This document shows, in pieces, positions 1-8,827 of a stretch of 64,000 nt of DNA. Source of the DNA: a virus; IMG/VR virus record IMGVR_UViG_3300000115_000005, one strand, 5' to 3'. Position numbers and translations under genes: made by a program. Under the pieces are notes generated by a model, which was not told the DNA's origin, ran no database searches, and saw only the letters and a program-made list of their open reading frames with translations. Every line of letters begins with the position of its first letter. Position 1 is the stretch's first letter.

Positions 1-770
1 ACAAGGTTTGATCTTTCATGAGTATCATATCTTTTTTCCATGATATATTCAAAAGCTTTATCCGTATTCACTTCTCTAAGATTAAAATCTTCTAATACAC
101 TTTTGAATATGTAATCTTTACCAGAACCAGGACCACCAATTAAAAATACTGCAACATCTTCTGCAATCTTCATGCCTTTGCGAGTATCATTGTACATATG
201 TTTTACATGAGAATCACTCATTTTTGATGGAGCCCCTGATTTAAATGACTTGTAATCACCTTTAACTGCGTGTCCTCTCATCTTAGTGCCTGACATACCA
301 GATGTAGTTTGACTATCTGGATCTCTATCACCAGATGAATGTATTGTTATCTTTTTAAAGTTGTATAATGCTTTTGAATGTGTACCATTATATCTATCGA
401 GAGTGTTTTTAAACTCTGAGACACGGTCTGAACCTGCAACAACGTGTAGGTGTGATACACCTTTTTTATGTAACTTAGCTGCTTGTTTTAAATAATTTGG
501 ATTTTCTTTATCTGAAGTGGATAAATTGGCACGTGGAAATGCCTTCTTAGCGTGTTTTAACTTATCAGTTGGTGAAAGTGGATTTTTATTTTTGTCTTGA
601 CTATGAGATAATACAACATGGTGTGAACCACCAACTTGTCTTGCGACTTGTTGCACTTTATTTACAAGTTTTTCATGGCCTTTTGTAATCGGGTTCATTC
701 TACCGAATGACATTACGGCATGATTATCTTTTTTTGATAGATTTTCATCTATGTAGTCTAGAAATTTCAT
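1..770 (-). CDS. HIGH-family nucleotidyltransferase (phage 'cytidyltransferase') fused to a P-loop kinase-like domain; runs off the window edge
   Basis: Not in the ORF track; translated by hand from ATG at 770: MKFLDYIDENLSKKDNHAVMSFGRMNPITKGHEKL (HIGH-like FGRxNPxTxGH), then in frame VFLIGGPGSGKDY (Walker A) near 150-115. Late promoter at 805-812. Confidence 0.8.
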   Translation of the reverse strand, partial: MKFLDYIDENLSKKDNHAVMSFGRMNPITKGHEKLVNKVQQVARQVGGSHHVVLSHSQDKNKNPLSPTDKLKHAKKAFPRANLSTSDKENPNYLKQAAKLHKKGVSHLHVVAGSDRVSEFKNTLDRYNGTHSKALYNFKKITIHSSGDRDPDSQTTSGMSGTKMRGHAVKGDYKSFKSGAPSKMSDSHVKHMYNDTRKGMKIAEDVAVFLIGGPGSGKDYIFKSVLEDFNLREVNTDKAFEYIMEKRYDTHERSNL

Positions 771-804
771 AAGCCTCTGCAGCTAATAAGTTAATTATTT
801 CTGT

Positions 805-812
805 TATTTATA
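805..812 (-). promoter_or_regulatory. T4-type late promoter TATAAATA
   Basis: Exact TATAAATA on the minus strand, 35 nt upstream of the ATG at 770; gp55 is encoded in the window. Confidence 0.7.
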
Positions 813-815
813 CAT

Positions 816-1574
816 TTAAGTTTTTATGGTTAGCACATCTCCATCAACAAATTGTTCTACTCCTGCTTTTTCATCAACTGGTCTAGATGCAGGTACAAAT
901 GGTGTATTATCAGAACTTCCACCACCTTGATTTCTGCCAAACTCTAAAGGTTGTTTCCAATGTATTTCACCTCTTTCAAATACAATTACACTATCATAAA
1001 ATGTAATTGATTGTGTGGATCTAGTGAAATCATCTGGTTCTACCTGACCTTTTGTATGATCTGCATTGAGTTTATCAACCAAGTTTTTAGATACATTTAC
1101 AATTGATTCTGGTTCATTTAGACCACCACCATGAGTATCTTTCCAATAAGCTGCGTGTGTATCTTCAACAAGATAAACTCCGTTCTTAGACATCTTTGAG
1201 TACAAATACTGGAATGTTTTGTTTACATGAGCGACTTGATGACTACCATCATCTATGATAATATCAAATTCACCAAATTCATCTACTAACTCTTGTAAAA
1301 ATTTTTCATCTGATTGATCACCGATACGAATAATAGTACCTGGTATTTCATAGTTTGAACAAGATGGTGTTATATCAATTGCAACTATCTTTGAAAGTGG
1401 GCCAAAATATTTCTGCCACATAGGTAGAGAACCACCATTTAAAACACCAATCTCTAATATCTTTACTGGTTTATTTCTAAACCTTTCAAAATGTTTTTCA
1501 TATATTGGAAAGTAATGTGTCCATCTTGTAATTTTATTACCATCATTCTCTAAAAAGTATTTCCATAAATTCAT
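816..1574 (-). CDS. Class I SAM-dependent methyltransferase (MycE-like sugar O-methyltransferase type)
   Basis: ILEIGVLNGGS (SAM motif I), FDIIIDDGSH, GVYLVEDTH; start moved to MNLWKYF at 1574. Confidence 0.8.
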   Translation of the reverse strand: MNLWKYFLENDGNKITRWTHYFPIYEKHFERFRNKPVKILEIGVLNGGSLPMWQKYFGPLSKIVAIDITPSCSNYEIPGTIIRIGDQSDEKFLQELVDEFGEFDIIIDDGSHQVAHVNKTFQYLYSKMSKNGVYLVEDTHAAYWKDTHGGGLNEPESIVNVSKNLVDKLNADHTKGQVEPDDFTRSTQSITFYDSVIVFERGEIHWKQPLEFGRNQGGGSSDNTPFVPASRPVDEKAGVEQFVDGDVLTIKT

Positions 1575-1575
1575 A

Positions 1576-2280
1576 TCAATATTCCTCTGTTTTTCCTGTT
1601 CCAGCCATAATACCTTCAACATACAATCTTTTAAGTTCTACCACATATTTTTTATTCAATTCTCTAAAATGTGCGTGTTCTGTATCTATATTATAAGCCA
1701 TGCAAGAGTTTAGTGCTTTGTTTAAAGTTCTAATATAATCATCAATCAAAGAAGGACAAAGTGAAAAAAATCTAGTAATAAACAAGTGATCTGTTACACT
1801 TTTATCTGGCATCCAAGTTTCAATTCTTTCTTTAAAAACGTATTTACCAAATAAATTAGAGTTGTCATATATTCCAATATTAAACTTATCTTGTAATAAC
1901 GATCTAGCTGAATATTTGAAAATTCTTTTTACAGAGTATAACAGTTTAGCTAATTCTGGGTGTTGTTTCAATAAAAAAAGTGTCTTAAGCAACAAAGTAA
2001 TTTCAGCTTCACTCTTTCTACCAGTCTTAGATAATTCTCTCACTTGTTCATCATGAGCCCAATATACTTGTCCATTAACTAACTTGTCTATTTGATTACT
2101 TTTTTCATCTTCTATCCCTCCAGGTGATCCATCAGAGAGTAGAATATAAGCATTAGGTAGTTTTTCTCTCAGGTTTTTAAGACCATCTAAAGTTTGTTTA
2201 AGTCTATCATCTTTACTAATTACACCGATTGTAGGCTCTAAAGCTGATGTTACAATAAATAAATTTTTATCGGGTATCAT
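1576..2280 (-). CDS. Hypothetical protein, possibly GT-A glycosyltransferase-like
   Basis: N-terminal LFIVTS strand, LLSDGS, FKYSAR motif; lies in a sugar-modification cluster. Confidence 0.4.
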   Translation of the reverse strand: MIPDKNLFIVTSALEPTIGVISKDDRLKQTLDGLKNLREKLPNAYILLSDGSPGGIEDEKSNQIDKLVNGQVYWAHDEQVRELSKTGRKSEAEITLLLKTLFLLKQHPELAKLLYSVKRIFKYSARSLLQDKFNIGIYDNSNLFGKYVFKERIETWMPDKSVTDHLFITRFFSLCPSLIDDYIRTLNKALNSCMAYNIDTEHAHFRELNKKYVVELKRLYVEGIMAGTGKTEEY

Positions 2281-3332
2281 TTACCACTCTTCAACAATGT
2301 TAAGTATTGGTCTAAGTCATCTTTATCTCTTTTAAGATTGATTGCTGTTGCTCTAGGGTATGGGTTTTGATTGTGAAAATCATTTATTAATATCCTATCT
2401 GCATTTGGTAACCCAATCAATAATTCATAATCTTTAAATCCTAAATTATCAAGTGTAGCTCGTGTATATTCTTCAACTTCTTTTTCTCTTGCTGTAGTAA
2501 AAACAAACTTAGATCCATTTTTCTGTAAGTCTAAAAGTACCTTTACATTTTTTTCAAGAGGCTTACCTAGTACAGACATTGCATTATTACCGACTCTGCT
2601 CTGCGATTTCACAACGGTGCCATCTATATCACAAAATATAACTGGTTTATTATTCCATTCAAACCAATCATTAGCAGTTCCAACATCTACATAATCTTCC
2701 ACATATTTTGTGTAGAATACTTCTTCGTTATATAAAGCTCTTGCAATTACATCTGATACAAATATTTCACCATCAGTAAGAATTTCTCTATAATTATCTA
2801 AGAATACTTTGGCTGATTCAAACTTATAACCACCAACACAAAATATATCAGATACAACTTTCTTTTCTATAATTTGGTTTATGATACCTTGTTCATTTGA
2901 AATGATAAAACTTTTAGAGGATAACTTTTTCAATACTTCATGAAATGATATATTAGAAACACAAACATAGTTACCCTCAGTACATTTATGTTTGAAAAAA
3001 CTATCACAATCCTTGATAAAAATTTCATCATTTTCATCTATGGGCATTTTTTCTAATATTTGATAAACAGTTTCAGCAGGTCCTCTTGTAGGATTATCTA
3101 AGATTACAATGTTTATTCTAAATCCATATTGTTCACGAATAAACTCTGAAGCTTGATATGCCTTATCATGTTCTTTTAAAATACCAATTGTAATATTATA
3201 TTTCTCATCATCTAAGAATTGTTCTATCGCATTATGAAACATCATCTTATTGTGTCGGCCAAATAAAAGAAATTTTGGTTTCATATTAGGAAATCTGGAA
3301 GAAGCCCCAGCGGCTGGTATAATTATTTCCAT
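2277..3332 (-). CDS. Sugar/phospho-NTP transferase fused to a HAD phosphatase (capsule-locus type)
   Basis: IIIPAAGASSRFPNMKPK NTP-transferase signature, DCD, YVDVGT; C-terminal IFCDIDGTV and FTTAR HAD motifs. Confidence 0.8.
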   Translation of the reverse strand: MEIIIPAAGASSRFPNMKPKFLLFGRHNKMMFHNAIEQFLDDEKYNITIGILKEHDKAYQASEFIREQYGFRINIVILDNPTRGPAETVYQILEKMPIDENDEIFIKDCDSFFKHKCTEGNYVCVSNISFHEVLKKLSSKSFIISNEQGIINQIIEKKVVSDIFCVGGYKFESAKVFLDNYREILTDGEIFVSDVIARALYNEEVFYTKYVEDYVDVGTANDWFEWNNKPVIFCDIDGTVVKSQSRVGNNAMSVLGKPLEKNVKVLLDLQKNGSKFVFTTAREKEVEEYTRATLDNLGFKDYELLIGLPNADRILINDFHNQNPYPRATAINLKRDKDDLDQYLTLLKSGK

Positions 3333-4069
3333 AAACGATTTATCTCCTTCAATATAAACTTTCTATTACTATCTCCATTTTCAGTATGTAAATAAACTCT
3401 TAACAACATAAGAATTAAAAGATAATCATTTTTTGCAAAACCAAATTTACTAAAAACTTGGTCTTCCAGATTTTGTAACTTAACATCTAACTTAATATTT
3501 TTGTTTCTTAAAAACCACCTACAAGTTAAATCTTGCCTTAATTTGGCTAGGTCGAATACATACGAATCATATTCAATTGTAACTGGATCTATCATTGTAA
3601 AGGATTCTTCATTAAAAATCAAGTTTTCTAGGGTAAAGTCGCCATGATATGTTGACCTTGGCAAGTGACTTGGCAATCTATCAATGAGTTCCTTTTTTAT
3701 AAAAGGTAAATCATCTACTGAATCAATCCAATCAAGCTTTGTGTCATAGACATTACTATAATCCACTTTTATAGCGTCTTTAGCAAATGAATCTATTGTT
3801 TGAATTATAAAATTACCTAATCTCTTTGTACTTCTAGTTTTTAGGTACTCCAAAATATCAAGACCATGAATATACTCCATCTCAATATAGTTTTCAGATG
3901 AGTCATATATTGCTGGAACATTGTAACCTTTTTCATTTAGACCTATTAACCTTTCAATATTTCTTTCCACATTGCCATTCTTTCTTACAAAAAATTCTTT
4001 ATCGTCTTTTATAAGTAATATTTCAGAACCCGAATGTCCAATAAATTCTTTTACTATCTTTTTTTCCAT
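3323..4069 (-). CDS. APH/choline-kinase-like phosphotransferase
   Basis: GHSGS loop, MEYIHG, YHGDFTLENLIF (Brenner motif), IDP, DLAKLRQD. Confidence 0.75.
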   Translation of the reverse strand: MEKKIVKEFIGHSGSEILLIKDDKEFFVRKNGNVERNIERLIGLNEKGYNVPAIYDSSENYIEMEYIHGLDILEYLKTRSTKRLGNFIIQTIDSFAKDAIKVDYSNVYDTKLDWIDSVDDLPFIKKELIDRLPSHLPRSTYHGDFTLENLIFNEESFTMIDPVTIEYDSYVFDLAKLRQDLTCRWFLRNKNIKLDVKLQNLEDQVFSKFGFAKNDYLLILMLLRVYLHTENGDSNRKFILKEINRLWK

Positions 4070-4752
4070 TTAGCACAATCATCACGAATTAAACTATGCC
4101 AGGTTCCATTAAAATCACCTGGAGGGAATGGATTATTCATATCCACATATGTCAAAAATTTACCATGTAACCCATACTCATGTAAATGGGCTTTCATCAT
4201 ATCTTCACCGATCATTGAAACCTTTTGATCGTAATAGTGGTTCATATTATTGTAAATAGTCATTCTCTTATTCATAATATTAGATGAGCTAAATGCAAAT
4301 TGATCGTTACCAAAATCTTTTTCTGGAACCATTCTACAATTTGGTATATAAAGTACCCATGGATTCATTTTATAGAATGGTATAACAATATTTAAAGCAT
4401 AATCAGGCCTCGATTTAATCACCCAATCATAATTCTTTTTTAATTCCATTTCTTTTTTAATTTTTAATTCACAGGACCTCTGCATACTATAAAGCATTGA
4501 CACCGTAAAACGAGGTGGGTGGTTTATAGCATCTGGAGTATTTTTATATCTTTCATCATAATCACCTTTAAGTTCATTTTCTAGAAGAGATGAAACTGGT
4601 TTATATAATTTTATATACTCTTCAGCTTCATCAGAATTCCATGAATGTATAAATGTATCAACATCATAGTGATCTAGTAAATTCTTCTTGTGATATTCAT
4701 AACCTTTTTCAAAACTTCTAGGTTGACCGGATAAACATAGGGCTATTTTCAT
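4054..4752 (-). CDS. Conserved glycosyltransferase-like hypothetical protein
   Basis: MKIALCLSGQPR, FIHSW, YDWVIKSRPD, NDQFAF pattern typical of proteins in glycan clusters. Confidence 0.5.
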   Translation of the reverse strand: MKIALCLSGQPRSFEKGYEYHKKNLLDHYDVDTFIHSWNSDEAEEYIKLYKPVSSLLENELKGDYDERYKNTPDAINHPPRFTVSMLYSMQRSCELKIKKEMELKKNYDWVIKSRPDYALNIVIPFYKMNPWVLYIPNCRMVPEKDFGNDQFAFSSSNIMNKRMTIYNNMNHYYDQKVSMIGEDMMKAHLHEYGLHGKFLTYVDMNNPFPPGDFNGTWHSLIRDDCAKWKKR

Positions 4753-5324
4753 TTTGAATACTTTAAATTAATTTTAGAGTGGTGTTGTTCATCAGCTCTA
4801 ACTTTTTTAATTAAATCAGAAAGTTTAGCATCTTCTTGCATTTGATAATACTCAATTGCTCTTTTAGGTGCAGGCACGTTTTCAATTTGTCCATTCTCAA
4901 CCATATAGAGGTATTCTGTGTAAGACTTAACTGCTTCACGTTCAAAATAAAAAATCATTTTGTGTGCGGTTTTAGGAAAAAATACATAAAGAAAAAAATA
5001 AAAGACCCAAAAAGTTGCCTGTGAAAAAATAACTAACCATCTTTCAAAGAAATTAGGTCTAGCTATTTCTATAAAAAACATTAAATGTTGTCTTTCATTT
5101 TCGGCTTCTGCAATTAATTCTCTAATCATAGGTCCATGGCCAGTTTCCATTTTTCTTAAACTTCTCAAATGAATCCACATTCCTGCAACAATACCAGGAA
5201 CTCCAGCTACAGTTTCTAGAACTACAGCTCTATGACCATATCTCTTAGCAAAAAAAGTGTCTGCCAAAAATCTAAAAAACTTTGTCATTGATTTAGCAAA
5301 CCAATCTGATATTTTTCTTTTCAT
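4749..5324 (-). CDS. aox: Alternative oxidase (ubiquinol:O2 oxidoreductase, di-iron), bacterial AOX type
   Basis: RYGHRAVVLETVAGVPG, EAENERQH, YFEREAVKSY, RADEQHH: all four Glu and two His iron ligands plus the catalytic Tyr are present. Start at 5324 overlaps the upstream stop (ATGA). Confidence 0.92.
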   Translation of the reverse strand: MKRKISDWFAKSMTKFFRFLADTFFAKRYGHRAVVLETVAGVPGIVAGMWIHLRSLRKMETGHGPMIRELIAEAENERQHLMFFIEIARPNFFERWLVIFSQATFWVFYFFLYVFFPKTAHKMIFYFEREAVKSYTEYLYMVENGQIENVPAPKRAIEYYQMQEDAKLSDLIKKVRADEQHHSKINLKYSK

Positions 5325-6193
5325 GTAGAATACTTCATTTGTATGATGTGTCGCCAAGCAGGAACTCTATCGTATTGGTGTACAATACAAAAGTCTTTAC
5401 TACCATCAGATGTTTTAACAGATCCACTTTCCATAATAGGGCTTGATTCTAACAAGTGTGACTTAAATTCTTGTATCTTAGCTGGATCTGCCGTTGTACC
5501 TAATTGACAAGCCCAGCCATCTTCTGACTTAAAATATTTTGATTTTTGTTTGTAGGGGGATTGTGAAACCATAAAGTTAAATGTAGATTGGTCACATATT
5601 GGTATAGGTTTACCCATGCAAGATGAAAATATATTAATCATTAGAGATTTCATAGCATAACCTGTGCCAGCTAAAACACCTACATTATAGATTTCATTTT
5701 CTTTGAAAATTTCATGTACATATGGTCCATAAGTTTCAAGAAGATTTTGATTACCCCATGGTTCATTTTTATATAAAATACTTTCAGAGGAGAAAAAATA
5801 GTCATAATGATCATTATTATTAAAGTAAAAACAATGTTTCTCTTTATACTCTTCTATCCATTTAACTGGATCTTTTTGGAATATAACGTCTTTAACATCT
5901 GTTGTAATAACCCAATCATACTCTGGTGATTTTTTTAAATAATCATATATGTGTATAAATCTTTCAACATGAGGTGGCATTTTTGAATCATGAACTAAAT
6001 TACCCTCATCATCTTTATTGAAACCTATGATTTTAAAACCAGCTTGTTCAACTTTGATAACTGTTTCTTTATCACAATTTAATAATATTAAAACTTTATC
6101 ACCTTCAAATCCACTTTGATTAATTGAATTACACCAATATTGTAGTGTATTCCAATCATAATTACTAGCACATCCTATAATCAAGTTACGCAT
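5321..6193 (-). CDS. Glycosyltransferase-like protein (GT-A)
   Basis: VITTDVKDVIFQKDP (DxxD), IYNVGVLAG, DQSTFN, IVHQYDR. Confidence 0.6.
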   Translation of the reverse strand: MRNLIIGCASNYDWNTLQYWCNSINQSGFEGDKVLILLNCDKETVIKVEQAGFKIIGFNKDDEGNLVHDSKMPPHVERFIHIYDYLKKSPEYDWVITTDVKDVIFQKDPVKWIEEYKEKHCFYFNNNDHYDYFFSSESILYKNEPWGNQNLLETYGPYVHEIFKENEIYNVGVLAGTGYAMKSLMINIFSSCMGKPIPICDQSTFNFMVSQSPYKQKSKYFKSEDGWACQLGTTADPAKIQEFKSHLLESSPIMESGSVKTSDGSKDFCIVHQYDRVPAWRHIIQMKYST

Positions 6194-6214
6194 TATTTAC
6201 TCCAATTTAAGTTA

Positions 6215-7303
6215 CTATCCTTTTATATATTGTTTAAATTTAACCAGTTGTCCTGGTGTCATTCTCTTATAATTTTTTACTACTTTATCCGTGCCCTCTT
6301 CTCCAGCTCCGTATTCTTCTTCAACACTACCTTTTTTATAATATGGATTTTTTGGGTTAGCATCTTCACTTTCATCTGGCCACCAATCATTAGTGTAAGT
6401 TTTACCAGATTCATTCATCTTAATCATGTCTTTTATTCTTTTTTCATATTCATCTTTACTAGGTTTCACCCTCTTTGCAACAACATCAAGAACATAATTA
6501 AGTGTTACTGCATTTGCTGTAAGTGAACCACATCTAGCACCAACTTGATTTTTTAGAAAGTCAATTAAAATACTTTCACTACTATTTGCCAAAGGGTCAG
6601 CTAAATCATGTGGCACTTTTAAGTCAACATAACTATACACGAAATCATAGTGTGGTGCAGGTGATCCATGTAAGATGTATTCATCTTTTACAACTATTCT
6701 TTGAAAGCCATCTTTTGCATACCAAACAGCTCTATGATCTGTAAGTTCATCTGGTTGACCAAAAGTTTTTGTTAAATGTTTTGTGTACTTTACTGGTTCT
6801 TCATTTTTCCAGTTTTCTAATGGTGAATTTTTCATTTCGTTTACGCTCTTGTGTAGTTTAACTCCTGTAACATTATGAATCAAATCACGAAATTCTTTAT
6901 GATTTTTATTTTTAATATGTGAATTCAATTTTCTTTTTTGGTTAGGTGTAGCTTTTGAATGAAACTTCACTAACTCCATAACTCCAAGATTACCAGAATA
7001 TGCAGCTTCATTCATTTTCTTTGTTTTCTTTTTCATAACATTAATAAAACTACGATACACAGCGGCTGCACCTGTTTTACCCATTACTCTAGCTCTTTGT
7101 TCCATAGCTATCGCTGCTTGAATCTTATGGGCGTGTGATCGTCCGCTTGACTTAATTTTTCGTACTGAAGCTTCTGCATCAGACTTACTTGCGAATTTGA
7201 GCCCGTGAATGGTTCCTTTCGGATCCTCGTCTGTGTAGAGGTCTGAGTGCTTTTTAGATTTTGCTGGTTGACCCGATTTTCTTGAGATTCTTGGATTACT
7301 CAT
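6215..7303 (-). CDS. Modular hypothetical protein, probably a head-packaged polyprotein
   Basis: Basic N-terminal module HSDLYTDEDPKGTIHGLKF; modules joined by MNE/VNE/VEE; C-terminal YGAGEEGTDKVVKNYKRMTPGQ. Confidence 0.5.
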   Translation of the reverse strand: MSNPRISRKSGQPAKSKKHSDLYTDEDPKGTIHGLKFASKSDAEASVRKIKSSGRSHAHKIQAAIAMEQRARVMGKTGAAAVYRSFINVMKKKTKKMNEAAYSGNLGVMELVKFHSKATPNQKRKLNSHIKNKNHKEFRDLIHNVTGVKLHKSVNEMKNSPLENWKNEEPVKYTKHLTKTFGQPDELTDHRAVWYAKDGFQRIVVKDEYILHGSPAPHYDFVYSYVDLKVPHDLADPLANSSESILIDFLKNQVGARCGSLTANAVTLNYVLDVVAKRVKPSKDEYEKRIKDMIKMNESGKTYTNDWWPDESEDANPKNPYYKKGSVEEEYGAGEEGTDKVVKNYKRMTPGQLVKFKQYIKG

Positions 7304-7596
7304 TGACCTCTCGTTAATTTTAAAACTCTTTGCATTTGTTTTTCTAATAAATTACCACGATTGGGCCAATGGATATAGGCCTGCTCTCTGGATTTATATA
7401 GGTTAGTTAAGAAAGGCATAATTAATTGTTCTAGCTCTTTCAGCCTATCTTTGTATGATTCTACTGTTAAATCTTTTTGATAATTAGTTTTTTCTAATTC
7501 GTCTTTGACTTTTTCATATTCTGTTTCATCAACAGCAGTAAATCCAAAATCAATGTCTCCATACTCTTGTAATATTTTATCTATATCGTATGCCAT
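7300..7596 (-). CDS. Conserved T4-like hypothetical protein
   Basis: DFGFTAVDE and YIHWPNR motifs; translationally coupled to its neighbours. Confidence 0.55.
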   Translation of the reverse strand: MAYDIDKILQEYGDIDFGFTAVDETEYEKVKDELEKTNYQKDLTVESYKDRLKELEQLIMPFLTNLYKSREQAYIHWPNRGNLLEKQMQRVLKLTRGQ

Positions 7597-7597
7597 T

Positions 7598-8827
7598 TTA
7601 CTTGTCCCAAGTTTTTTTAGCCGTGAAATTCTGATGTGAAAATTCTAGTCGATCAACAAGTTTCAATGCACCACCAGATAGCTTATCTACGGCAACAAAA
7701 CCCTCTGGATTGGTGATTCTAAATCCATCATCTGTTCTGACAAATGTATTTGTAACTTGTCGCATCTCTTGTAACTTACGAATGATGATTGTTTTTGATT
7801 CAACAATTGAGTTCATCAAGTTAAATATTTCAATTAGTTGTCTAGCTGAACCTCTTAAAAATCTCATCACTTCATTTTTTTCTTTTTGCCTTTTCTTTTT
7901 TGTATCTTCTCTTTTAGCTTTAATTATTTCTTTGTTCAATTTATTTTCTACATATCTAATTAAGTTTACAGTATGTGTAGAGGTGTTTCTAATCTTTTGG
8001 CCTTGTCTGACCATTTGATTATTAAATATCTTTATTTCACCAAGTATTTTATCATTAACTGATAGACGATTCAATACTAATGAGTTTATCTTCTGTAATG
8101 TTTTACCTGCTTGTGAAAGTATATTGGTTATTTGTTTTGTTTCTGCTTCTGTAAATGTTGCTGTGCCAGAGGCATTGACAAAAGAAGCATCACGAAACCA
8201 AATATCTTTTGTTGGTTTTAATCTACCAATATCAATATTAAAAGATGGCTTCATTGTGTCTAAACTTCTACCTGAATATGAAGTATGAAAAACAATACCA
8301 AGTTGAGCTGCTTGCATAGTTTTAGCAAGTGGTGTTGATTCTGGTACAGCGTAGACAATAGTGTTTGGTTGAAATGTGATGTATTTCTCTCCATCTATTT
8401 GTTCTTTTTTTATATCACCTTTTGTAAACATCATATCGCCTTGCAATACACCTTTGATACCAAGTTTTGGTAAAAATGCCAAGGCTACTTTTAGTTTTTC
8501 ATTTAAGCCACCACTTGGGTGATTTCTATCTATGTCTCTATCTGTATAGTTTAATTTTGGTGCTCTGTTAAAAACAGATTTAGTACCAACAAAAAACTTA
8601 CCATTCTTTGGATTGATACCTGCGAAAACAGCTGGGGCACCATCCCATTTTGTTGTGACATTTATTTTTGATGTTGAACTACCTGCAAGCATATCTCTCA
8701 ATGATTGTAGAAAGTTAATTGATTCTCTGGCGCCAGTAACACCACGATTTAAAACATTATCTTCTAAATGTTCTAAATGAAGATTTTTATCTTGTCTGGC
8801 TTCTTCTAAAAATTCTGTGAAATTCAT
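7598..8827 (-). CDS. DUF6267-like protein with ligase/covalent nucleotidyltransferase motifs
   Basis: KNLHLEHLED; TTKWDGAP (KxDG motif I), QGDMMF (III), EGFV (IV), LKLVDR (V). Confidence 0.6.
   Translation of the reverse strand: MNFTEFLEEARQDKNLHLEHLEDNVLNRGVTGARESINFLQSLRDMLAGSSTSKINVTTKWDGAPAVFAGINPKNGKFFVGTKSVFNRAPKLNYTDRDIDRNHPSGGLNEKLKVALAFLPKLGIKGVLQGDMMFTKGDIKKEQIDGEKYITFQPNTIVYAVPESTPLAKTMQAAQLGIVFHTSYSGRSLDTMKPSFNIDIGRLKPTKDIWFRDASFVNASGTATFTEAETKQITNILSQAGKTLQKINSLVLNRLSVNDKILGEIKIFNNQMVRQGQKIRNTSTHTVNLIRYVENKLNKEIIKAKREDTKKKRQKEKNEVMRFLRGSARQLIEIFNLMNSIVESKTIIIRKLQEMRQVTNTFVRTDDGFRITNPEGFVAVDKLSGGALKLVDRLEFSHQNFTAKKTWDK

Noticed and set aside
4749-5324. PTOX (cyanophage plastoquinol terminal oxidase)
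   Set aside because: The motifs are AOX-type (LETVAGVPG, ENERxH) rather than PTOX-type (LExIARxPY, NExxH).
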